A stretch of DNA of 64,000 nucleotides from Ascidiella aspersa (taxonomy: Eukaryota): assembly GCA_963924565.1 (NCBI GenBank), contig OZ004611.1:20894001-20958000 (forward strand). The letters are read 5' to 3'. Below the pieces are notes generated by a model. The model was given only the letters and a program-made list of their open reading frames with translations. It was not told where the DNA came from and did no database searches. Made by a program: the position numbers and the translations under genes. Within the stretch, counting starts at the first letter, position 1. Each line of letters begins with the position of its first letter. Of this stretch, positions 26,197 to 36,992 are shown piece by piece.

Positions 26197-26597
26197 ATAT
26201 TGTCTAACTATGAAATCACGGTCAACTTACTTGGATAAAAATTGGCTGCTATATAAACTATGTAGACAATTTCGCCTAAAATCAATGCCGTTTTCGGTCC
26301 AAAATATTCGATCAAGAACGGACTTAAACAAAGAGAAGAAACGGATGAAGCGACAAACATGATAAGCATGCAGGTGGTGCCAAGGCCCTCTTTTTTTTCG
26401 AGTTTATGCTGCTTTGCAAATTCAGGACGCCTAAAAAATGTTTTAAACTATTATTTTTATGCAATCTTCGGAAAATGTTTGCTAACAACGTTACAACATT
26501 ACATTAACAGGATTTGATTACCTTATTAACACCGCTGTACCTGTTCAACACCTGAAGGTGCTAAATTATGCTCCTATACTTTCGAAACTCAGACTGA

Positions 26598-26770
26598 TAA
26601 CAATTGCGTCCCATCTCTTAAGTGATGCTTGAATTGCTTCTCAGTCACATTAACTGAAGATGTCAGTCACATTAACTGAACAAGCTCGTATAGCAACGTC
26701 TTAATAATCAAGATTATGTCGATCTACTCGACCTTTTTGACTTTGCAATTTGTTATCAAGGATTTAATTA
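26598..26770 (+). mobile_element. Penelope-like family 1 copy with a rearranged hammerhead
   Basis: Reverse-complement match to 29920-30085; local duplication of TCAGTCACATTAACTGAA. Confidence 0.65.
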
Positions 26771-28590
26771 GATCGGCTATTTGTCACAGTAATGTCGTTT
26801 GGTATCGAAATAGATGGTTGTGAATTTTACCCAAAATTTCAGATATTAGTATCGAACAAGTATACAAAAAAAGTATTAGTATCGAACAAGTATACAAAGT
26901 ATCTCACATGCCTAGTTGAACGTTATAAAGGTTGTAAGTGCAATTCTAGCATGGGCACTAAAAAGTTGACTTAATATTATATTTTAAGTTTTACAAATTA
27001 CGAAAATGCGAACATGTTGTCAGTTAGAATCAGGGCTGCGGAAATGTTGGTTAAAACAACGCGATCCCACTCCACGCAAAAAATAAACTCGAGTCCGACT
27101 CTGACAAATTTGCCGATTCAATGGATGTACGAATTCGGATTCCTACGATTTATTTAATGCAAATTGGGTGGGTTTACAGAGGGGTACTTGGGTGAAAAAA
27201 TCGACAAATGCTTGGATCGAAAATGTTCCATTAGATTATGCCATTCCACCTTTACAAGTTACAATAAATAAAATTTGCGTAAAAATGAACTTCACCATAT
27301 GTAAGATTGTTCGCAATTTTTATTTAGGTTCTGCTTGAATACGATCCTGGTTTTTAAATAGTATGCTCGTTTTTACCTGACAAAACACAAGTTGCTTCCG
27401 GCGCAAATTTTAAATTATTGCGATTCATGGTGGCAAATAGAGAATATAGCTGTTGGCAGGTGTTTGCTGCAACGATATTACTTCACATTCAACTTGTGGA
27501 GTCCAGCACAGGTTGAGGCGGTTAATCATCGAACTCAAACATGTTGCTGGCTTCACGCCAGACATTTTGCTATAGAGTTGCGTAAAAAATGTCCGTGTGC
27601 CGTGAACCTAGCCAGCACACAAAATGTCATCACAAAGTTATAACGACAGTTTGGAGAACATATTAGGGCCGGCCAAATAAGAACTAGTAAGTTAACTAGT
27701 CTAAAATAACAAGGCGGTTTAAATGTTTAATAATAAACAATAAGGTGCAGTACAAAAATTACCAGACGACATTTTTGCCGTGTCTTGTGTCTCCCGGACA
27801 AGTGCCGATTGGTTGGCCGACCAGCAAATGCAAGTTTTAATTCAATATAAACCTGATTTGCGATGATTATTTTGACCAATGTCGTTATTTTAACAATGAG
27901 TTGGAAAGTTTAAATTGAAAGGTTTTTCTCTTGTAGCCGAACTAAGTTTTGCGCCTACCTTTTTTATCCCTTTTTATTAAAGATTAAACTTTGTTTTACT
28001 TTTATCTTCGCACACGGTTTTTAACGTATAGAAAATGTTTCCGGTCACTTTATTTATAACGTAAGTTGATGACATCATCTCTAAAAATGTTCCTGCCGCG
28101 CCGGAACAAAATTCATGTATTTCAGATGATTGGCCAGGCCCACATCAACATTTTCTGTTTCTTTTGCGGCCCGCTGTGAAAAATAATTGTCTACCCCTGG
28201 TCGAATTATATTTCTGTACAAGTTTTGTTGTACATCTTGCTAAGATCTCCCATCCGTTTTGCAGATTAAATGTCAACTTAGAAAGAAGGCAGTTTATATT
28301 GATCTCCGACTGTTTATATTGATCTTATTCCATCATTACAAACAGAATTATTATCGCGAAACATTCTATTGGAAGTGTATTGCATTATATATTATAACAA
28401 AAAGTATTGTATTATGCACTGTAATTAAAACCTTATCTTCGGCAAATTTGGAAGCTCAGGTCTATATTGATTACCGTTGTTTGTATATATCACAAAATAA
28501 TCGAAAACATCGATACGACCGTTCAAAAATATTAAAAGTATATACCAATCCGACTATTAAAGTTATCAAAGTAACACTCTGTGCGATGAT

Positions 28591-31500
28591 TTAAAATACG
28601 GTTTTCACAATCGCGGTTTTCTTGCGCGTGCACAGGTACGCAGCAAACATGCAAAGGGCAAGCACAAAGATAAGGAAAATGCCCATCATCTGGAATAAGT
28701 CGGTAACTTGTTTCCTTGTCTGCATAAGCGCCCTTAACATTTGCTCACGATTGCTCACTTCGCCTTTTTTGTAGACGACCTTGCTGTCTTCTGTACGCAG
28801 AAAAACTTTTTTATTTACGGCACAGATAAGCTTGCAAAACTTTTAATCAAATCAACTACTGACGCAAACTTATAAGTTGCAAGAATTGACATAACTTCGC
28901 GGTATAAAATTAATTTATCCGATTGACCGATATTGCATAGCTGTGACACAAAACAGAAAACACGTAATATTCGAATTTAAATTAAATACTGTCATGGAGT
29001 TCGACCATTCTACTAATTTTGTACCCGGTGTTTTGTTGTTGCACTCTATGAGTCTACTGCCCTGCCTTATATATGCGTTGCTTGCGTTGGTATTTCGCTA
29101 GTGTCCCTAATGCGCATTATTATTGGTAATACCAAAAAAATGAAAAGTTTATGTATATCTGACAACTTTGCCTAAAGAAGAGAAAAAAGCGAATACAACA
29201 TTTTTCTTTTACCGAACTTAAGTTGAAATCAAGTTTAATCGCTTTGCTTGCAAGTGTTTAGGACGCACATGAAACAAAAAAATGTAATGACATCGATTTA
29301 TTGCCATACCTCCAAGGGAAATGTCTTCAGCTGTTTCATCCTCTTGTGGGGGCATGATGTGGATGGGTCCGTGGGAAACCACCCGGGATTCGGGGTTGCT
29401 AAAAGCTGATCGCCTTTTGCGACCGATCGGTGATGGACCATCGCAGTTCTGAAGTTAAACAAAACAGATGTCTATTCTAGTTTGCTAAGGATTTTGCAAG
29501 TTTGTGAGATACCTCAAAATGAACGTTCTGGTTGTTATAATGTAAGACTGTAAACCGCGTCCTGACTAGCTAAACTCTGTGGTTGTGTATTTACTTTTAG
29601 TAATGTACAACGCACTTTACATGAACAAAACATGTTTATTAAACCAAATGCGAAAAAGACCTTTAATCAAAAAACGCCTGTTCGTTGTTTTGCCTAAAAG
29701 TATTTTTTAGTTTAAAGAGTGTTTTTAACAACATTTAAGATGCTTTAACAACATTTGCGCAAAACGCGATTTTTTAGTATTTATATCTTTTATATTAACG
29801 AAATTAGTGCCAGGCCGCATGATTCATTGGCGGGCCGCGGGCCGTAGGTTCCTTGCCCATGCTTTAAAATGAAAGCTGACTCCACCAAAAGCATTCTATT
29901 TTATTGGGGTACACTATGCCGGATCTGTAATGTAGCTTCATAATAAATTGCAAAGCCAAAAAGGTCGAGTAGATCGACATCATCTTGATTATTAGGACGT
30001 TTCGATACGAGCTTGTATCATCTTCAGTTAATGTGACTGAGAAGTAATTTAAGCACCACTTATGAAAGTTGCGACGCAATTGATACATTTTTCGATTTTA
30101 AAATTATATAACGTTTTAACCAAGCAGCGGTAAGCTAAATTTCCGCCCATGCAAGACATAAGATATACACACCCTGCCGCAGTCATCCCCATAGCAGTTC
30201 TCTAGCTCACAGAATACCCAGAGTTTCTGCTCCTCCAGTGCAATGTCGCGCCAGAAGAAGGCGTGAAAGGAAAACTCGACGTTTAGACAGTCGTGGGAGC
30301 CGTACACAACGTTGCCACTCGGTCCAAGTAACGGATCGTCCACTGGGCATCTGTATTAATTTAAAGATGTCGACATGTTTAGTTAAAGAACTTGCGATTT
30401 CTGGTGTACCTGTTGGCAATCATTTAAAAGATTTGTGCGACTTGTGGTATGGTCATATCCTCTTAGCTCATCACGGTTTTGCTCCTTAGGAAAACACTAT
30501 AACACTATGCACAAAAAATGATAAAATAGTAAAATAATAAATTAATAGTAAATCTCTAAGCCAAAGAGGACGAGTAAATCAATATCACCTTGATAAAAAC
30601 GATTCGATACGCACTGCATGGTAGCATTATCAGTTAATTTGACTGAAATATATCCAAACCTCACCTATACAAAAGGTCGAACCCGATTCTAATCATTCTG
30701 AATTTCTAAACGTTTAGAACATTAATTATCACCTTCAGGTGACAGATAGACTGCAACGTATAATTCGCGGCTGTAATCTTTAAATTTTGCTTATTTGTTA
30801 AAATGAAAACACTTACACTTTTTTTGGATAATCTAGTTAAATGGGCGCATTGTAACCAGGTAGAGTTGGATTTTTCAATAAGATAACAGATTATGTTGTG
30901 TTAAACGCGGGCTTAAACTATATTTTTAATCGAAATTCTAAGCAATGCTGCGGCTCACGGGCTACATAAAACTCACCCGTCTGTGAGGATAGTGAATTCC
31001 GGAGCTCCTAGCAAATTAGAAGCTTTAATCCAGCATCGTTTACCCTGAATATTGGTAAACACGCTTGTTATGCTTACGTTTAAATCTGTTGGCCATACAG
31101 ACAAAGCAATTCTGCACCTCGTTTAGTAGTTGGCTTTTTGGAATTGATTTAAAACATATACCTTTTTTAAGCTATAGAGTTAAACAAAGAATCGTCATCA
31201 GTATATGCTATATCACACAATCAAAGCAATATCAGTATAAGTATACCTATAAATTATATATCTTGTCGTATAAAGTAAAAAGGTCAAATGAAACTAGTGG
31301 AAACTATAAACGTTTTAAAGAAATTTTTGTGCGGGTTGATAAACTATTAAGAGTTTGAATTGTTGTTATTCTTTCTCTAGAGCAGTGATTCCCAAACTGT
31401 GTGCCGCGGCACACTAGTGTGCCTTGAGAAATTGTCAAGTGTGCCGCGAAACTTTTTGTAAGTTCGGAAAATAGAGTATTTGTTATACAAATAAGCATAC

Positions 31501-34500
31501 GCGCAAGCATTTTAGACTTGAATACGCACTATACCCATTACAAATTAATCACATTGAGACATTTACATATAGTTTGTCAGGGTGATTGTAAAATGACTCT
31601 ATTGTTATTTTTTGCAGGGGTGAATAATGGTGAACCGTCAGAAATTTATGATAGCTCTGCAGTAAATCGACTACTGAACTGGTGTTTTTTTGCTTATTGT
31701 AAAGTTGGTTTGCACTAAGTGTTCAAGTACAAAAATTTGGAGACTGTGTTTTGTGCTTTTGTAGCTTTATATTTCTGGAATCGAGAAATTGTAGATTTTC
31801 AATGTTAAACTTAGCTTGAGTTGATCTTAACAAAAATCGAAACAACCTAAATCATTTTGTGCTATTATATATAGACGAGATAGTTAGATCATATCATTAG
31901 ACAAAGGTGAATGAAATCTGGAGATCGATGCTCGGGGTGAACAAAACTAAAAAAGGTTAAGAAGCACTGCTATATAGTTGGTATCGACTCCTATCGGATA
32001 CTATCAAGCTTTCCCACTTGTGAAGCACAAACCTGCAAGATCATTCCGTGATCGCCCTGGACCTGCGCTTTCAGGAACACCTGCTCCCCGACGTTAATTT
32101 GCTGGGAAGGATCGAGTTCCGCGAAGTCGGAGCTGGTGTAACGCTCCAATGTAACTTGGAACTCTTTCTCTGTCGGTTTTACGATGTCGTCGTTGCGGCT
32201 GCGAGAAAGAAACCGTTGGTTAACTCTTGTTTCGTTACGTTATTCCTCCTTTTTTGACAATCTTTACATTACGACTGGTTACTTTATGTTATTTACTATG
32301 TGCATTTAGGGTAAGAACTTTAACTAAGATTGTTTTTAGACCTTTCTATTGTGCTAAGGACAATTAGTTGTCTATATATTGCACCAACCTTTTATTTTAA
32401 ATATGCCTTTAGCTGACATATAGGCCCTATATGTTAGACCAGTGGTTCTTAGCCTTTTTTAAGCCGCGCCCCCTTTGGTAATTTTCCGATGCCTTACGCC
32501 CCCCCTACGAAAAGCAATTTGTCATTTTTCAATCGCTAACACAACAAATAGGAGAGTGTAGTGATGGCCGCGCGAAGCGGGAAAAAAATTTGAGTTTTAT
32601 TTGATTAAATTGGTTAAACTGTAGGTAATTCAGAAGACTTCGCATTGGGCACACAACAAATTGCTCGTGCTCGAAACAAGCCGATTTTGACAAACGTGTT
32701 GTGAGGGCATGGACTCCACAGTTGTAACTTGTAAGGCTGTGATGTCTGTCGAGCGCCAAAAAAATGTCAAGCGCAAAATTTAAACATTGCGTTATCGTTT
32801 TCAAAAGGTGTGACGACACACAATAATATTGCAAAAACATTATATAGATTCACGCCAAAAAGTTCGGATCCCCTGTTGGTATCCTGTGTTATCATGTATG
32901 AAATATCGATAAAAATATTTCGAAAGGGGGCCTTTAGTCATTTATCTGTAAGTTAGCAAAAGTGTAATTTAAATGGGGCCGTTATACCTTCGATGATATG
33001 TGTATTACTCTTGTGCCAAGAAAAGGTCAACAAACGTAAAAAAAAGAAGAATCGCACGAAGCGCGAAAAATTTTTGCAGTTTAAATGTTAAAAAATATAA
33101 ATATTGAAGTAGGGCTCGCGCCCCCCCCCCTCCCGGTTAAGAACCGCTGTGTTATGCTGACAAAAGGAGCAAACCTCGCTTTGTAGTGAAAATGCAAAAA
33201 TCATTTTCTGAGTTCGGTAAAGTTTGAGTTAGTTTATTTATTTGGGATACATTCGTTTTTTTTTTAATTTTTAGAACAAAGGCAGACATAACATTTCAAA
33301 CCATGATTTTACTCTCGATCACGTGTCATCTTTTGGTGTATGAGGTGTGCTTAGTGGGCCTGCATGCCAGCTATTTAGACAGCTTTATAAAATATTAGGG
33401 CGATACAGTAAGACGAGGTAAGTTTTTTTTATTCTACAAGTGCGGACTTCAAAATTACGCTTTATGGCTTATTGGTAGGCAGAATCAGGTTTGCTGAGAT
33501 TCAAATCCATTTTAAACTCGCAATTTAATATCCAACCACACTCCTGGAGAATGTAATCAACCTCCTGTCCTACTGTTACAACAGTTTTTTCCTTCTGGTT
33601 CAAAGTATATGAAGGTCATTTTCCTCCTAAGTTTAAACAACTTACCAGGCATATTCGAAAATCGGACCGCTCCCTAGAACTAATCTTTGCTTTTGTACCA
33701 TTCTTGCACCTATGTGTGCGAACTTACGTACATCAGTTTCGGGTTGATGGGTCCCACCATCATGTTATTGGTGCTATCGTAGCCGCATCCCATCACAAAG
33801 GTGTACAGCGGGTCTCTCGACACGTGCACATTGTTGCTGGTTTCCGGATAGGCACACGCTTTGTAGTACACGGCAACCAGTTGGGCTTCGCGCTCGTTCT
33901 AAAATCAAACAAACACTGAATGCCGGCAAAAGTATGATAATAATAAATTGAACACTAGTTAAAGAAAAATTTTTCAGCAAATGGTTACTTTCAAACAGCT
34001 ATAACAGTGTTTCTTAACCTTTTTAGCGCTCGTACCCTTTAGGCTTTCATGAATTTTTTCTCGTACCCCCGTCTACAATAGTCAACAGAAGTAATAAAAT
34101 TGTAATAATAGGAATTAAACTCAAGGTATTTTTAATTACGTATTGAATGCATGCATTAAAAACAGTCTTGCAAGTTCAACAATACTAACAACAAACAAAC
34201 AATCAGTCAATTTACTAATGACTGTTTTGTTGTTGCTTTTCGTAAGTACGCATTCTTCACAAATATGCCTAAATAACGCATCATTTTACACTGCTTGTCG
34301 TATCCCCTGATTTGGTGCTTCGTACCACCAAGGAGTACATGCCCCTGGTTAAGAAACGCTGGCTTTCGCGTTCAAATTCTTTCGTAAAAAGGGCGTTTGA
34401 AAAACTTTTGTAAAGGCATGTTTCAGCTCTGAAAACCCTCTTCACCTGATTTACAAAACAAGCCAGCAGACACATAACTTGACATTGACTCGATTAAGAA

Positions 34501-36961
34501 ATACAGAAGTTGGGTTATAGCTATACGTTACAGTCTAAACTTAAAAACATTGGTGATAAGAGACAAATTTAAAAATAAACAAGAGTTTAAACAAGTTTAT
34601 TTTGGCGCAGTTGATTACACATGAAATAACTAAAAGCAATAATTGTAGAACATTATGTTTTTCAACTTTGGAGCATAATGATTGGATGTTGTAGTAAAAC
34701 GTAGCAAGAGTATCAAAAAGCCCATACTGAAGTAGGTAGCATTTTAAACGTTTCGAATAACTCTTTATTCATTTTCAACTTCACAAATAAAGAGTTATTT
34801 GAAACATTCACAATGATATCTATGGCTGTGATATTCTTACTATGTTTTTCTACAATTTTACTTGTAGTCAACTTAACTCAGTTGTTTTATTTTTTCACCT
34901 AGCGGAGGCCTTTGGTTTGAACAAAAAGAAACTCTTTTTATAAAATAAAAGTTGAAACATCACGGTGCAGTATATAATTGTTACTTTTCAAATCAGGGCT
35001 CTATAAAACTTTTCAATAATTATTATTCAAAGTTAATAGAAAGGCTAAAAAAAAGTTTGTAATTGAAAAATCGTATGACGGACACTTTTAAACCACTTCA
35101 TTCGCCCCGGGGGTCCGTGGATCCCAGATTTAGGACTACTGTTCTCAATAAAACCTTAAAGATGGGATTTCGCATGCAACACAAAACGACACACCAGCAA
35201 ATTTACCCACCACCTTAACAAAAACATCAAGCATAAGGGTTTTACCGTTACGCCCCATGCACACTTTCCAAACGGACCGCCCAAGCTCCATTTGAAGTAA
35301 CCGTTCTCCAACTGCCCCATGCATTCTGGTCCCAGAAAGTTGCCCTTTTTATCGATCATTTCCAAACGGTTAAGCACCATGCCCGTAGATTCGGCGAAGG
35401 TTTTGTTGATGCTAAAACGAGATAGTTTGGGTTCAGACTTCTGTATTAAGGACAACTTTCACAAAAAAATAAAAAAATTTTTTGTATTTTTGTTGCTGGG
35501 ATATATCCTTAGTAACTATACTTCTTGTTGCATAATTAGGATAAAGGTGACCAATGACCATGGAAGAGAACGTAAAATTTAAACGTTACGTCAAAATTGG
35601 TCAAATTTATTTTAAGACCAAGTCAAAATATTTACACAGATACATGGTTTATTGCATTAGATTTGTTTTTGCTTCAAATAGGTGTGTATCCCTAATTCGG
35701 ACAAAAAAAGTATTTGCTTTGTCTTACCTGTGTTGTAATTTAGTATTTCGATAGTATGCTAGCTTTTCGTTATTTTTAGATAAAAATTGTCAATATGTTA
35801 ATTTTTAAGATCAAAATTTCTCATTTTTAGTCAAAAATTAATCACCCTAGTTATAACTCTTTTCAATCTATAAAGTAGTGTTTTCCAAAAAAACTTCTAT
35901 ATTAATTATTAAATACGAATTCAACGAACATTATAGCCAGCGTTCTATGATAACGTTAATTAACTTACAGGAGGTTAGTGGGGAAAATCCACATTACTAA
36001 AATTCATAGTTATATTGTTTGTTAATCGTTCATTTTCTACTTGCAAAAACCAATGTTACTAACTCCCTCTATGACGTCACACTTAGCTCAAACAATGAGT
36101 TTTGGGAAATCAATATTTTTTGGCATATTTGATATTGCTCTGATTGCAAATGCTATATACTCGGTATATCTTGTGAAAGTTTAGGAATTCGAAAAAATGA
36201 GATTTCATTGCACGGTCGGCGAGAGTTCGTTTGCTCCGCTTAAAGTTTTCGGTTTGCAGGGTCCAACTGAACCAAAATTCGAAGATAAATTTCTCGAATT
36301 GAAACAGTGTCTCGTAAAAGCACTTCCTTTATCAGTGGAAGAGTTTCAGAGCGATTTGGCTTTCAGTGCTTCAATGATCTCAGTATTCCTAATGACATTG
36401 GTTGGCCTTTGTATCACCGGACGTGCATTGATTACTAGGTAAGCTTTTTTATTCGTTATTCTTGAAATAATGACTTATTAAAAAATAGTATTATTTAAAA
36501 TACCTTTTTATACCTTTTTAGTTTGGTCAATTATTGTTTCTTACAGTGTTTTATGGCTACTTGGGTCAACTGTTCAACGGTGTAAGGCTAGTATCAAGAT
36601 GGAAAACAAAACTCAGGTAAAAAAAATACATTTAACAATAGCGTTTCGCAGTAGAATATGTTTTAATTATATAGGCCCAGCGGTATCCCAAATTTTCTCC
36701 AGCGGTTTTCCAAATTTTGGACTTGCAACTTTTTGGTATTTAAATGAAACACTTGCGGTCTCTTAAAACTGCTTAGCGGTCACCCGAACCAAACCTTAAA
36801 AAAACTGTATATAGCTGCAGCAAAATAAAAAAATATCCACTATTATAAATGGTGAAAATTTCATTGCAGTTGGATGCGAGTTTTTTTGGAGGCGTTTCGG
36901 AGAAAAAAGTGTTGCAAGAAAAGAAGAAGGTGGTGAAAGATATAATTTCTGCTCATGAAGG

Positions 36962-36992
<31 letters not shown>

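Noticed and set aside
28990-29055. miR-281-like TGTCATGGAGTT in a loose hairpin
   Set aside because: Only 12 nt match, it lies on the 5' arm, and the loop is too large.
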